From contig OZ231126.1 of assembly GCA_965153355.1 (NCBI GenBank), positions 31,682,001-31,746,000 on the forward strand: a stretch of DNA of 64,000 nucleotides. Reading direction: 5' to 3'. Every line of letters starts with the position of its first letter. Position 1 is the first letter of the stretch. Origin of the DNA: Flaccisagitta enflata. Its lineage: Eukaryota. The translations under genes were made by a program, and so were the position numbers. The notes under the pieces are model-generated. The model was not told the DNA's origin, searched no databases, and saw nothing but the letters and a program-made list of their open reading frames with translations. Positions 1 to 21,245 of the stretch are shown here, one piece after another.

Positions 1-134
1 ATGAATGAATGAATTTTAAGTTGAGGTGAAGACGATTTAGAACTTTTTATGACCTTTTGATTTCTTTGACGTCAAAATTTTGGCGAAAGATGGGAAATTT
101 GGAGTTGATTTTTTGACATAAAGCTGCAGCGGAA

Positions 135-188
135 AGAGATAGAGAGAGAGAGAGAGAGACAGAGAGAGAGAGAGAGATAGAGAGATAT

Positions 189-283
<95 letters not shown>

Positions 284-1625
284 CAACCTAGAGACACACA
301 GACACACAGACCGACAGACAGAGGTAGATGGTCAGCCAGAGGCATAGAAAGAGAATGGTAAAAATGAAGTTTCAGATAGATAGAAAGGCACAGGTAGATA
401 TACAAATAGACAGATGGAGAGTATGATTGACAGGTTGCAGATTTGCAGACTTACACAGACCAATCGATTTAAAGAAAGAAAGAAAGAAAGAATGAGAGAA
501 AGAATGAGAAAAAGAATCAGAGAAAGAATGAGAGAAAGGGAGAGAGGATGAAAGAACTAAAGGAAGATAGGATGAAGATAGAAAGGAAGGAAGGCAGAAA
601 GGCAGAAAGGAAGAAAGGAAGAAAGAAAAAGAAGAAAAAAAAAAGACAGCGACTCAAACAGTTAAATGGTTGAGGCAAACAGAGACAATGCCTTTTAGTG
701 CGTATGCACCGCTTTGTCCGTCCCGTCGGTCATCGTCGTCTGGTCCATCCGTCCGTCGCTACTTTTTTAATATAAATCAATTCTAATTTTAGGTCTTTTT
801 TAGTCATTAACAATTATTCTAAGTCATTTTGAGTCATTCTAAGTCATTTTAAGTTATTCCGAGTCATTTTAAGTTATTTTAGGTCATTTTTGGTCATTAG
901 GTTTTTTAGTCATTTTAATTCCTTTTTGGACATTTTAAGTCGTTCTAAGTCATTCTAAGTCATTCTAAGTCATTCTAAGTCATTCTAAGTCATTTTTACC
1001 CTGTAAATCTTGCACGCGACTCATAGGTGTTGGCCTTGTTTTACACCCAAATCAATATGAAAATTAAGTGATGAGAAAACACAGGAGAAGAAGAAGAGGA
1101 GGCAGTTAATCCATGTTTAGTTACAAAGAAGCACATTTTCTCTAACGTCACAATGCCAATGGTTTCTGTTCATGTTGAAAAGAATTTCCTCATTAGCTAC
1201 CTGTTCATTTTCTCTTCATCATTATTCTCTTCCTATTTCTATTTCACTCCCTCTTACTCTATGTACGCTTTTATTTATTTCTTCTTCGTCTTCGTCTTCT
1301 CTTCTCTCTCTTCTTCTTCTCTTCTCTTCTCTTCTCCTCTCTCATCTCCTCTCTTCTCCTTCTTCTCTCTTCTTTTTTTCTTCTTCTCCTTTTCTCCTTC
1401 TCCACCTTTTCTTCTCCCTTCTCTTCAAATTCTTCTGTCTTCTTCTTCTTCTTCTTCTTCTTCTTCTTCTTCTTCTTCTTCTTCTTCTTCTTCTTCTTCT
1501 TCTTCTTCTTCTTCTTCTTCTTCTTCTTCTTCTTCCTCCTCCTCCTTCTCCTTCTTCTCCTTCTCCTTCTTCCTCGTCATCTTCATCTTCTTCTTCTTCT
1601 TCTCCTTCTTCTACGTCATCTTCCT
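135..1625. repeat. Microsatellite and low-complexity cluster: (AG)n, (AT)n, GAAA-rich, TAAGTCATTC decamer array (about 790-995), (TTC)n
   Basis: Directly visible simple repeats. Similar long tracts at 7670-7818, 11084-11161, 16732-16821, 17152-17424, 19582-19672, 27234-27318, 33948-34288, 36974-37070, 54458-54634, 55600-55794 and 59328-59423. Confidence 0.95.
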
Positions 1626-2423
1626 CTTTGTATTCCTTTCCATCTTTCTATCAAACTGGTTCTAAACGCTCAAAAAGCATTGACTAAAGAGCAGAGACTT
1701 AAGTGTTTCTTAATCCCTGCTGTGTCGCTGAATTTTGAACTTGCATAAGAATTAACTCTCATCTTTCAGCAGGTTTTTTTTTTTTTTTTTTTTCATCTAT
1801 CATATTCAATATTGTTTACGCCGACGAGATCAATCACTTTTGAAACAATCATACAGAATTTAGCAAGATTGCCTTTTTTTTGTGCATGCAAATATGTAAA
1901 TATGCATATCTCTTTAGTTACTAACCGATTGATTTTTTCCACGTCCTACACGATTCTTTCGCCACATGGCCACATTCTTTCCCATAAACATGTATCATAG
2001 ATCACATCCTTTATTAGCCAATGAGAGTAAAATCAGAGGATGTACTCGAAAAAACGATTTTATTAACTGCTCTCACTCCTGATCCTTTGACAATCAATCT
2101 TCTCTAAAATTTGTCCCCCACGAATCGTCCAAATCAAGGATGATTTGTAAACAGAATCAGAAACCGTTTCCGTTTAAACGATGGTGGCCTTTAAAGTTTT
2201 TAACAGGAAGTCGTAATAACGAAGATCTTTGTTCCCCATCGTGTGATTTAAGTGGGACACTTTTATGACAAATTGAAGCAAACTTATGAAAGATCTCCTA
2301 TCGACTTTCGTCAAAACCGTTATCACTCTCTATCGCCATTTAATAAAGCGATCCCTTATTTCTACAGTCAAAATCTTCCTTTCTTTTCGATCTTTTTGTG
2401 AATGATTACTTTATTTGCTAACG

Positions 2424-2594
2424 ATTGGCCATGACGTCACATTTTTAGATTTTTTTTGAAGGTTGGCTTCGGTTCGAGCGCATGTAGCCAATTAACCCTG
2501 CTAGAATGCGGCCAATTGGCCCCAACCTTCGCCCCTTTCCCCATCCCATTCATTTCCCCCACCTCCTAGAGTCCTAGTCACCCCTTTACGTCAC
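2424..2594. promoter_or_regulatory. Putative promoter cluster upstream of the LIX1-like gene (CCAAT boxes and CRE-like sites)
   Basis: ATTGG 2424-2428, perfect CRE TGACGTCA 2432-2439, CCAAT 2488, palindromic GCCAATTGGC 2511-2520, TTACGTCA about 2587; 450-600 bp upstream of the first coding exon. Function is inferred. Confidence 0.35.
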
Positions 2595-3040
2595 CTTTGA
2601 GCCCCCACCCCGCAGACACCCTTACCACATCTTGATTTTCTTAATGTCTACATCACATAAAGGGAAACCTGATTAAAAAAATAAATAAATAAAACAAACC
2701 GTTACTTATCGTAAGCATAACACCATTCATACTCTTTCTAGCTTCTTGCAGACGAATTGGCGTAAACGCGAAGTGTGCGTGAACTGACAATCTTCCTCAA
2801 CTACTTAACATCAACTGCCATCAAAAATTCAGAACCACTATCAAAATTTTCCCCGCAATAAAATTCAATTGATTCCAACGGATTTGCCTTTGATTTTGAG
2901 ACCGAGAAACTCACAACAGCAAATATGCGACAGCGACATAAGACTTTTCTCTTCTATCTGTAACCTTATCCTGACATTATCTTTATCCGCGACGAATCTC
3001 GCTCACTTAGCTTATTCGACGCGCTCCTTTCATCATCATC

Positions 3041-9001
<5,961 letters not shown>

Positions 9002-9078
9002 GCTGTTTGAAGCTGCAGTTGCGGCAGCTACAGTTATTTGCAATAATGGTAGCAGAAAGATGAATTATAAGGCTCATA

Positions 9079-9686
9079 ACTCCCCTGACATAATTAGGCG
9101 AACTTGGAAATTGATCAAAATGGAGAGTAAAAATGCGATTTGAAGCTTGAAATTTGACACAGAGATAACTCAGATATGGTATTTTCACGAACCGAGGCCA
9201 TGTGGAGTACATGCTAAACGGTGTGGCCCTGGCAATGTGATATGGCAGAAATCGGAAAGACGATTTAGTCTGATTTTGACATGGAAATTCATTTATGAGA
9301 AAACACCATGATGTATCACTTATTTTTCTATATGAGATGAAAGAAAACTGTCATTCCCAGGTTGATATATAACTGCCAGGTAAAAATGAGGCAATGGCAC
9401 AGAAAGTCAGTCCTAGAGTGCTTTACAAGGTGGGAGAACCCCTAATGAGAAATGGTGGTTTCTCCAGCAAATTTGTAACTTTTGATAAAAAAAAACATCA
9501 TTCTCATATCAATAGAAAGAAGGCAGTAGAAGCCTTTTGTTGACACGCATTGGGCATTTTTTGAAGAAAACCTACCGGAAATAGCATATTTTCAAGTTGA
9601 CTTCAAACTCTGACTTTTGGTGAGCATATTTCAGGGTATTTATAGACAAACTCTTATCCCAGTTCGCCTAATTTTGTCAGGGGTGT
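9079..9686. mobile_element. MITE, TA TSD, just 3' of the LIX1 stop codon
   Basis: TA|ACTCCCCTGACATAATTAGGCGAACT versus AGTTCGCCTAATTTTGTCAGGGGTGT|TA. Confidence 0.75.
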
Positions 9687-10504
9687 TAGCTGTTGCTACA
9701 ATATTGAAATTGTGGCAGCGCTGGGAGAGTTTTTAATTATCATTCATTCTTCAGCATGCTTCAGCATATTCCTCAAATGATATTGACATATAATTGCGGT
9801 AAACACTAGTGCAGCAACAATAAAAACTACGAAAATAGCAGCAATAAAGCTGCAGCAATGACGAGACTCATCTGCTTTTGTAGGAATAACGCTATGACAG
9901 TATGATAAGTTATCATACATATTGATAACCATATTGGTCCCATTACAAATTCTTTGTAACCCGCCTCATCTGGGCTCTGCAACCCAATTTATTAAGGAGC
10001 GGTGCTCCAACAACTTGGAATCTTAAATGGTAGCAATGATGCTGGTGATGATTCTGATGAAGATATTGATAGTGTTTGCTCAAAATTGGCTAAAAATTGC
10101 TAAACAACCCCCCCCCCCCTCGTTCCATTTTTTATCCATTTTCATCGTGTATTATTACAGCTGTTTTGTTGTCTAAAAACATATATTTATACGTCAAAGA
10201 TTACTGTTATTTACATATCATATAATCTTTTTTTTTTTCTAATTGGCTTTAAAACTCTATTGACAAATACTTCATATATTCTTGTGCGCGTGAGTGACTT
10301 CAATGGTCAAAAGCGACACGAATTGAAGCACTGGATGGAAAAAATGAATTTCATGCAAATAACGAAGATAGCGGGACTAGTGGAACCGGTAATAGTGAAT
10401 GAATTGCACGATATGCACGTTTCTTGCGAAATTTGGAGAACCGTTGAGAGGAATGCTGAAAGGAAAACTAGAAAAAGAAAGAAAGAGAGAAAGAAAGAAA
10501 GAAA

Positions 10505-10568
<64 letters not shown>

Positions 10569-10719
10569 CATAAAGAAAAAGAAAGAAAGAAAGAAAAGGA
10601 ATTTTATAGACTGTCACAATGACTAGACGTAATTACTAAGCTTAAACGTAATTTCTAATGCTTTCAGATCCTAGCTTGTCTGATAAATTGTATTCCCGTT
10701 ATGTGTTTTAAGTTCTTAC

Positions 10720-10985
10720 TAAGGGGGCTTTTCTAGTCAAAGACAATCGCGTTTTTAACGGGCCACTCGGTCACTCGCTATATTTGTTCGCTCATACCGC
10801 TTACTCCACTCACTCTACTCACTTGCTACGCAGCGCTCCGCTTTGCTATGCTCACTTGGCTAGCTCGCTCCGTTCATGGGCTCCCCCACTGACTGACAGT
10901 TGAAACTCTTGAAAATGTGTTCACGCTGTGAACACGTTTCACGGGAAGAAACGCGTTTTTCATCTTCACTAGGAACACGCCCTAA
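10720..10985. mobile_element. Short MITE with CGCT-rich core
   Basis: Imperfect terminal inverted repeats (AAGGGGGCTTTTCTAGT / ACTAGGAACACGCCCTA) and an internal CTCGCT-type repeat. Confidence 0.45.
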
Positions 10986-11080
10986 CTATGGTACGAGGTA
11001 AATTGTGGGTGAACATCTTTTTAATCTATGTCATCAACATCATTCCCTTGACTCTCCTCTTGCCCGCCAGTTTGCATGTG

Positions 11081-11166
<86 letters not shown>

Positions 11167-12087
11167 CTCTTTGTAAGCTTCATTCATCTGTTATCATTCA
11201 TCTTTCCGTATGCATTGTTGACCTTTACCGACATGTATTTCCATACCTTTGTTCTCACAGTTTGTAAGACCTGCTCCAATTATGCAACATTGTAAGTCTA
11301 TACTTGTTCCTGATTCATACTCCGTAATGTATTTCTATTAGGGTGGTGGGCATACTGGGCATAGTGCATAAGCTGCCTTCGGGAATACCTGAAATGATGG
11401 CTCATGTCAATATACTGAGCATGAGTATCTCCCACTGCAATCAATATGAAACTTGAAATGTTACGTGGCACAGTGGCTAAGAATTGAAAAAAAACGGTAG
11501 TGATATCAATTCTAGGGTGTCTTATCAAAAACTCATTGAAATACTATCTTGGAAAAAAATCTTTGAAAAGTAGGCATCTACTTTTGTTAAGTTTTGCTGC
11601 TAAATGAATAAACCCAAGATTAGTCCTAGTAAACAACTCAGATTTGTCTAGACTTTTTATTCATTTTGTTGAGGAGCAATGCTCTTTCAAAGTTGATGCT
11701 TACTTTTTCAAGCGATAGGTTCTTTTCCCAAGATAGTGGAATATTTTTCTCAAGTCAATGATCATTCGAGTTTTTTTTACGGGAAACGTATATTTTGGTG
11801 TCATTGTGATTTCGTATTTGACTGATGATGACGATATAAATTGCCCCTAAACTTCTTTTTATATCGCACTATCTAGATTACCGCATAGCTTAGAAATTTG
11901 GATGACAAATGTAAATGCTAGCTAAGTGACTTTGAATTAGAGTTTGAGTTAGCTGGTTCACCGACATTTGAAGTACGTAGTTGGTAAACTTTTCAACTAC
12001 CGTATTTCCTCTAATTAGCGCCCCTTCTCTAAATAGCGCCCCCCCTCTTTTGAAAAAAAGAAATATTTTCAATATGGATCTTTGCTA

Positions 12088-12643
12088 CAGGGTGATTTTT
12101 TTCAAGTGGGGCAAGTATTAAGACATCAAATTTTTGTTTTGCAATTTCAAGATAAACCAAAATAGTTTAAAGTTATAAACTACTTGACATTTAATATTCA
12201 AAAAAGAAAAAATATTTTTGACCAGTTTTGACTTCAATTTAGCATAGTTGACCTTTTTCAATCTATTAAGTTCACATTATTTTTCATAATAGTGAATTTT
12301 TGAATAATACACTAAAATAACTTTTTTGGGTCAAAAAGTTGAATATCTGTTTATTTTTATCACAGAATTGAATATCCTATAATTTGTTTTTATTCAAAAC
12401 AGTTTTTCACTTAGATTTTGTAATTTCAGCTTTGTTTACATAGACAAAAACATGAAAACATTAATTTTCTTGAAATTTTAATTTTGATAAAAATATAAAT
12501 AAAATTTGTCAAAGATATTTTTCTTTCTTGAAAAGTAAATGTCAAGTAGTTTGCAACTATAAACTGACTTTGATTCATTCTAAAATGTCATAATTAAAAT
12601 TTGATACCTTAATACTTTCCCCCACTTGAAAAGAATCACTCTG
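12088..12643. mobile_element. Palindromic Tc1/mariner-type MITE
   Basis: TA|CAGGGTGATTTTTTTCAAGTGGGGCAAGTATTAAG versus CTTAATACTTTCCCCCACTTGAAAAGAATCACTCTG|TA. Confidence 0.8.
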
Positions 12644-14416
12644 TATACAATCATTATCGGGAAAAAAGTCGAAGTCAGTCTTCGACTTTTTGTCAAAATA
12701 AGAGTCCTCGCAATTGAATTTAGTTCTTAAACCTTGAATATTGATCAGAAATACCTGTTTTCTTTTTACCAAAGTTTATTGTAGCGTATTTTAGCACTAG
12801 ACATTGCTTGTATAGTGATTTTTATAGTGTCATAAAGCAGCACCACTGATTTGAGTGTGACAGGTTTCTAATCTCTTTTATCTGTTTTTGCCACTTTGGT
12901 TTTATGGTGAGGCTTGTACTAATTTTGTTGTAAAACCTAAACGATTTGAGCAAATGAGCTCTGCTTGGTGGCAAATGAAAGCTCTTTTGAAGCTCTTTAC
13001 AACGGTCAGCAATTTTCTTAAGTTTCTCTAACTTTTATGTATAGAAAATATCCAAGTGAAGCTGCTGGAATCTCAAAAACAGAAATCAATAATTTTTAGC
13101 TTAGAAATCAAGATGAATCATTTTACTCTTTCTTCTATAAAATCTAAACAAATTGAGCTACAGAGGTCTGCTTGGTGGCATTAGATCGCATTTTCGCAGA
13201 GCTTTCTAATGGTAGAGGGAGGTGTAAAACATGGTTGGGCCCTGAAAAGTTGTTGTAACACCAAAACTCGGCCATCAAAGTGGGTAGTGGCATGTATCCT
13301 GACAGACTAGAAACATAGTTGGACCCAAATTTACTGAAAGGGGTCGGCGCATTGCCCTTATTGATCATCTATGCTGCACCAATGATTTCATGTGAAAATA
13401 AAGCTACTTTAAGCATATTTCCCATAGCCCAACTGTAATACTTTTCTCTATGAAGTTGGATTATGTGCAAAGGTCTTTCTAGGTCATGATTTGTACAGAA
13501 CAAAGATGTATCTGACCCAGCCTGTTGAAATTGCAGCAACTTGCTGCAATTACATCATGAATTTGCAGCAAATTGCCGCAATCCACCAATTTTAAGCGGA
13601 AAACACATTTTTATCATTGAATGAGCATTCTTGTGATAATTTAGGCCCCTTAAAAAGTTTTAGGATATACAGCAACCTGCTCAAAGTGCAGCATCTTCAC
13701 TGCCCTTCTTTTGACTTGTAAAATATGCAGCAACTTGCAGCAAATCTCTTCAGAGGCACCTTTCAAGCCAAGCGTGATGTTTTAAAGCATTTCTACCCAT
13801 TGTGAAGCATGTCGGTATATTAGATAATCCCAGTTGAGTGAGGATGGGCAAGGGTAGCGATGTGGAAGACCAGCCAGGCACTATGGCAGCAGCAGCAATG
13901 CCAATATAACCAAATGTGACCAATGGACAGACCAACAGAAGGACCAACAGACCAACCAAAGAGCAAACCTGTACATCCTGCTTTCCTTCTGAGTAGCAGG
14001 ATTAGCCTACTCAATCCTTCCAACTTATCTTTTGTTTTTTATCATTACTATGTTTCCAGCATTAAAAAAAGAGCTATTTTTAGCTTAATCTCGGGCTGTC
14101 TGTTGTTAGACTCTAATCGGGTGAAGATGTGTCCTGACTGTGAATGTCCCTGTAATAAATTTTGCGCTAAACAAATAACGTATGGGATATTGGGAGGGTC
14201 AAGAGACAAATGGATGTAAAGATACCTTAGATTGATGCATGACATCCCTGCGGCGTATAAGTGTCAAGAACTGCGTTTTTTTGCACAAGCAAAACAGACA
14301 TATGGACTGATTGAGCGATGGATGGACAGATAGACCTACAGAAAAACCATCTTCAAGGGATGAGAGGACACATCTGAGAAGCACCTTGGACAAAATCTAG
14401 ACTTGAAAAAAAGATA

Positions 14417-15248
14417 CCAGTAATGGCGGCTGTCGCCGTGAGGAAAAAAGTCGTAAGCACTGATCACTTTTTACTATGCATTTATCTTCAGTCACTGAAA
14501 TTTTTTCTATTTGTTAGATCAAATCAAAAGCAATAGTGTGTATTGATTGCACTGAAAATCAGAGAAAAATAGAACTGAGCCAATGAGCTAGATGAGCTAA
14601 GATATTCAAAACAATTCAATGAGACAACCAGCTTTGCTCACTGAAATGCTCTCTTGTATTTGCATGCTTAAATCAAAACATTGATATATTTATGATATTT
14701 CAAATCAGAGAAAAAGAGTAAGCTTAATGAGCTAAATAAGCTAGAATATTTAAAAACACCCTCACAGATGAGCAGTACTGCTCACTGACATGTTTTTTAT
14801 TTGCTTGGTCAAACAAGTATAAAAATATTTATTCATTTATCATATTTGAAATTAGAAAGAATAGACTGAGCCAAGTGAGCTAAATGAGCTGAAATGTTCA
14901 AAAACGCCCTCACAGATGAGCATCTGTGCTCATAAACATGTTTTTCTGTATTTGCATGCTCAAGTAAACATAAATACACTCCTTTATTGATCCTACACAC
15001 ACAAAAATTGTAAAAAAAATTTCATTTGAATTTTTCGTAAATAAATCTTTAAAAAATCACAGCGCAAAAAATATTTGTTGTAGAGCATTCTGCTTGGCGC
15101 CAAATGAAAGATATCTATCAAATTTACTTACCCTTTCAAGGGCTCAATCAGCTCTATGAGATGCCCAACTTTCCCATAAGAAAATGAAAACCCTGTTTCT
15201 CTCGAATATGTCAAAAAGTCAAAGACTGACTTCGACTTTTTTCCCAAT
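14417..15248 (+). mobile_element. About 830-bp non-autonomous DNA element, copy 1
   Basis: Reverse complement of 21246-22406 along its length; begins TA|CCAGTAATGGCGGCTGTCGCCGTGAGGAAAAAAGTCGTAAG; related termini at 12648 and about 26457. Confidence 0.75.
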
Positions 15249-16729
15249 CACAAAATAAAGTAGAACCTCACTCTTACGGATTTCAGGGGACAAATATCTT
15301 TTTTTGTTATGGGCGGACTTCTGTTACTGCTAACAAAAAAACTTGAAGGGACCATGAATTTGCGTCTGCTATAGGTGGAATTCCATTGGTGGCGGGTCCG
15401 TTAGAGCTGGGTTCAACTGTATTTGACTGGATAGAAGATTATCAAAATTCCTAATCATTTTACGCAAAATAATTCAAGGAAAAAAGAATAAATGGAAAAT
15501 TGTACAAAGATTCATCTGTCTGTCCATTATAATCAATATGCCCCATTTGAAACAAAAACATTTAATGAGTCATTGTTTGTTAGTTCATCCAAACTGAAAA
15601 ACAGAGAAACAAGGCTGGATATACGGCCACCAGTTGCGGACGGGTGGGCAGGAGGGATATGTGCGTTTTCCCACTTTTCAACTTGTGCTGTTGGATGGAC
15701 GGACCAATGGACCAACGAACCAACGCACCGACAAACCGACGGATGGACAAAGCCTCTTGCAGGGTTGCGTGTAGAAGTCTTGTAGAACACATGGTTACTT
15801 TTGTTTGTTTATTTGCCGCCCGTCAGTCCCCCCTTGGCCCTCTCAGGCCTTGAATCTGCCCTCTAAGACCTGAAATCTATCCTCTCAGGCCTGCAATCTG
15901 CCCTTTCAGGCCTTGAATCCGAAATTTCAGGCCTGAAAGGGTGGATTTCAGGCCTGAGGAGGCGAATTTCAAGGCTGATAGGGCAGATTTCAGGACCGAG
16001 AGGGCATATTTCAGGCCTGAGAGAACTGATTTTAGGCCTGACAGGGCCTAAGGGGGATTATCAGATGGACATACAAACAGGCGTATGGACTAATAAAAGT
16101 TCCGTGTTCTACACGACTTTATCTCCGTTAGGGCTGTTGCCCAAAAAGAACACAACACAAACTGGAAACTTACACTTTTTATGACTGCCAAGGCGCATCA
16201 ATGAGAGGCCGTAGCAATTGGTGGTTCTGTTGGTCACTTGGTAATGAATATGTTCCACAATTGACCTGGTGCTGATAATGGGCTACTTGGCCTTATTTCT
16301 CTATTTCTACATATATTACTTAGAAAATCAATGATTAGACAAGTCAACAAATCAGAAAGAACCAAAGATTGAAAAATAATCATTAGTTGCGGACTCATGA
16401 CTCTTTTGTAAGCAAACTATCCATTTGATAGTCAAAAGTCGCAAAAGTGTTAGATGGTCAGCGGTATCCAATGCCCCTGGCTTAGTGAATGTGAGGTTGA
16501 GACTGGTATATCGATTTTAAAGGATGGGCACAGATGGATGCACTCATTTTGGTGCGGGATCTTGATAGAGCGGTCCCGCCTATTGCAGTCGATCAAGATC
16601 TTGATGTAACATATGATAGACTATATTGTGGAAAGACAACACTACAGGATAGTGATCTCAATATCAACCAATATCCTGTAGCCTTTTTAAACCACAATCT
16701 CGTTCCTGTATTCAGAGCAGAGCCAGCGA

Positions 16730-16827
<98 letters not shown>

Positions 16828-17166
16828 CTGACAGACAATCAGTCTCAATTACAAATAATAACGGCAAAAAAAAAAACAAACCAAACAACATATTTGTCCG
16901 CGTTTTACACCCAAGCAATGGGGAAACCCTTGCATTGCTTCGGTGATTTTTTTTTTCAGAGTATTTTTTCTACTGAATCTATTCTATTTCTAGATCGGCA
17001 CCGAACTAGACTCAACATGATATTCAAAGATAAAAGGCATCATTGTCATCAATGAAAGGAATAAATGAGTGAATCGATGAATCGAGTTTGTATGATTAAC
17101 GATTTTGTCATCGTCTTCGTCGGTGCAGTGGTTACAGTATTACGATAAATAAACAACAACAACAGC

Positions 17167-17243
<77 letters not shown>

Positions 17244-17256
17244 ACAACAGCAACAA

Positions 17257-17425
<169 letters not shown>

Positions 17426-19230
17426 AGAACAATATCAGTAACAGACTCACACATGGTCTTGAAAAAATCACATTTTTAGAATCAGACATATCTGGTTGAC
17501 TATGAGAGAATCGTGAACACTGATGTCTGGGGAATTGGATTCGGGTATTGCCAAAGCTTAATGGCCCCCCTATCTCCCCCCCCCCACCAGAGCCCCCAGG
17601 GGGGGGGGTAGTGGGGAAAATTTTTTTTGTTAAAAAAAGTTGGTCTCAATCGATTCAGAATTATCTAAAACATCCGCAAATCTTGTGTTCAAATAATTGA
17701 AATTTTTATCACTTTTTTTCCACAAGTCCGTGCATAAGTGGGGTAGCGACTAGTTGTTGTCCCCTCCCCCTAGGCTGGTCTCGCCTAACTAAAAGCTTCA
17801 TGATTTACTCGGATATACTAGGTTTTGCTTTAGCGATTTTTCATACAAAATTTCATGGGAATTGTTTGAAAAATTCACGATAAATCTCTATTGATGTGGG
17901 TCGATATTCCAGATCGACGATTTTCGCGTAAATTGTAGAATATCTGTAGTTGTCCAAAATTCAAATACAGTATGACTTTTTTTCAAATGAAACAAAAGAT
18001 GACGACATAAATCCTAAACGAATTGACAAAATAAAATTCTGAAAAAAACACCTGAAAGAGTAGGTTTTGGCATTTATTCATGCCGAATTTCAGCATTTGG
18101 TCTCAGGTAGTTTGGCCTCAATCGCTTTTTGAAGTCAAACTATGAATCATCCAAAATAACTTTTTTTTAACAATGGCAAAAAAAAAAGCAAACTACTTGT
18201 TTGTCAGTGTTCAAGATCCAAGCACTGAAAAAAATCCAGCAAAATTCATGACCATTTTGAAGCTCTGCAAAAGCTCTTTCAAATGAGACCTTGTTGGTTG
18301 TCCGAGCTCTATCTGTTTAGAAATGGCATAAGGATGAAGACAAGTAGTCAAGAATTTGGAAAATCACTGCATGATTTTCATGGGTTATCTTTATTCTAAC
18401 ATAAAAATCAAACGCAATGAGTTAGAAATTTGTTCTTGGTGCCATTTCATAGCAAATTTGAAGCTCTTTAATTTGCTCATGGATAACGAGTAGCTAAGAC
18501 AATCCTGAGCTGCATCATTGACAAAAACGGAAATACTAAAATTGCTCATTGGGAAGAAATCGAAATTTTTTCAATGAGCGAACTTTTTTCGATGAGCGAC
18601 TTTTTTCTTCAAACCTTTACCATTTCTAAACAAATAAAGCTACGATTACCAGCAACGTCGCAAAAAAAAAGATTTTTTGCAGAGCGTTCAAATGGTCATG
18701 GATTTTCTATGGTTCAGGTCCATAATTAGGCCAAAATTAGCAAAACAAAGGAAGAGATGAATGGAAGGAAGGTGGAAATGCCAGGAAGGAAGGAAAGGAA
18801 GGAAGGAAGGAAGGAAAGAAGGAAGAAACGAAGGCAGAAATCAAAATCGGAAAGGAAGGAGGCAGAAGGAAAGGAAAGGGACAAAAGAAGGAAGGGAAGG
18901 AATGGGAGGAAATAATGAAAGGCGGGAAGGAAGTAAGAAAAGAAGGAAGAGAGAAAGAAGGGAAGAAAGGAAGGAATGGAGAAGAAAGGAAAGGAGGATT
19001 TAAATGAAGGAAGGAAGTAAGAAGGTAAGGAAGGAAGATATAAATTTCTTTTATAGAATAAAGCCAACTTGGTAATAGGTAATTTTACAGCTGTATGTGT
19101 AATTGAAAACGGAGCACGAGACTGTTAAGCTTGTTATTCCTTGACTCATTCTTTCTTAATTTTTTTTTTTTCATACATTTTTTTTCTTTCTTTTTCTTCT
19201 TCTTCTTGTTCTTCTTGTTCTTCTTTTTTG

Positions 19231-19261
<31 letters not shown>

Positions 19262-19579
19262 TTTCTTTTTCTTTTTCTTTTTTTTCTCCTTCTCCTTCTC
19301 CTTCTCCTTCTTCTTCTTCTTCCAAGACCTTCCCAGAGGCTGTCATGTTCTTCCGAGTGACGGGGTTACTGGTTACTCCACAAAATGCACGCCTGTCATC
19401 ATCATTGTCATCGTCAACGACACATTCAACAGCCTCATCATCATTTTCATCATTAGCCTCGTCATCATCATAGTGGTTGTCATTGTCGTTCCTGTCATCA
19501 TCAACTTTGTCATTATCGTTGTCATCATCATCATTTTCATCATCTTCCTCATCACCGTAATCATCCATATATCGAGCAG

Positions 19580-19676
<97 letters not shown>

Positions 19677-20980
19677 CGTCTTAAGTCAACAAAAGGGATG
19701 GTGCAGCTTATAGGCTAAAGGATCGCGCTGTTGTTTAGTGAACAAGATACTGTATATCTAGCTTACCATTTATTGTGAAATGGACCAAGATCCCGCACCA
19801 AAATCAGTAGAGTTATCCGCCTAGGAGTTTAAACGACGACATATCTCGGTTGAGATGGTGACAGGGGCAGCAGCCCCAAAGGGACCAATGACCTATGCTT
19901 TCACATATGGGAAAATTTTTCATCCTCCTCAAGGTTAGGATATGGGTCTTAAAGCCAGGATTTGAGCTTCAAGACTGGGATTTTGAGCTATGAGGTTGAG
20001 ATTTTGGGCTTCTGGGCTGAGATTTGGGCTTTAGGGCTAAAATTTGGGCTTCCGGGCTGGGATTTGGGTCTTGGGATCAGATATTGCGCTTGGGACTAGG
20101 ATTTGAACTCTGAGGCTGGGATTTGGGCCTTATAGCTGAGATTTGAGCCTCACAGATGGATGGACAATGCAGGTTGTAGAGTCGTGTGCACGCGACTAAA
20201 AACCATATTCTCAAAATGCATTCATTAGCCCCACTAGATAGGAATGAAAGAATGAGTAAAGAATGAATAAATGAATAAATGCATGCATGAGATAGTAAAT
20301 GAACAAATAAAAAACAATGAATGAGTAAACAATTAAACAACTAACCCTGGGTTACAAGACCATCGCGGACAGGGCAAAAATGTGCGTTTTTACTCTTTGG
20401 GGTTATGGACCCACAAACCATCAGACCTTACCTCTTATAGAGATTCAAAGACATGGGAAGAGGTAAGAGACTCAAAAGATTTCAAAGTTCTAACCATTTG
20501 TTTAAAAATGCACTGTGGAAACCAATTTGAAGCAATGCAAAAAGGGTGACATGAAGGAGAATATGCTTGGTTCGTTCATCTTTGTAGTCCTCCTCCCCCT
20601 CCTCCTCCTCCTCCTCCTCCTCCTCCTCCTCCTCCTCTCCTCTAAACCTCTTTCTCCTGATTTATTATTTTCAAAAAACTTTATTTCTATTTTCATCAGA
20701 AGCTGATGCCAAACAGCATTAGCTTTATACCAAGATTTAAACATGAGTGCCAATAAGATGACATTGTGGTGAAATGAAGGAAAATTGCTGAAAAAAACGC
20801 ATTTTGAGGGATAAAACCATCAAAAAACAAGTGCAATGCGCCGACCCTTCTCATTACAAATGGATACCTTTTCATGTCTTTCCCATTTTATATGTTGTTC
20901 CTACATTGAAAACTTTCCGAGTATGGCAGTTTCAACTTAACACCTCCCTCTACTAATGGTCACCAATTTTTATATGTTTT

Positions 20981-21186
20981 TTTAGTCGCGTGCTACGCGA
21001 CTCTACACCCCGCTTTGTCGGTCCGTTGGTCCGTCGGTCCGTCGGTCCGTCGGTCCGTCACACTTTACTTTTTTGGCGTTTCTGGGATTTTTGGCTAAAC
21101 TGCTCCTGCCCAAATGCTCCACTGACCTCAAATATGGCCCCTGCCCACCCGCACGCGACTAGGGTAGCCGTGTATCCGGCCTTGTT
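20981..21186 (+). mobile_element. Helentron-associated (HINE/DINE-1-like) short element
   Basis: Terminal hairpin AGTCGCGTGCTACGCGACT, (GGTC/CGTC)n tetranucleotide tract, end CCGGCCTTGTT, T-rich flanks. Closely related inverted copy at 35734-35941; relatives near 690-1040, 15607-15770, 31450-32440, 38690-38950 and 62320-62480. Confidence 0.7.
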
Positions 21187-21245
21187 AAATGATCTAGCCA
21201 CAATGTAAGAAAACATGGCGGACTCTTAATTTGACCAAGATAGTA

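Noticed and set aside
2711-2750. About 40-nt 5'UTR micro-intron (GTAAGC...TTGCAG)
   Set aside because: The signals are plausible but cannot be supported without transcript data.
16534-16730. Protein-like ORF MDALILVRDLDRAV...
   Set aside because: No recognisable motif or splice partner; shares sequence with the repeat near 19786 and runs into (GA)n.
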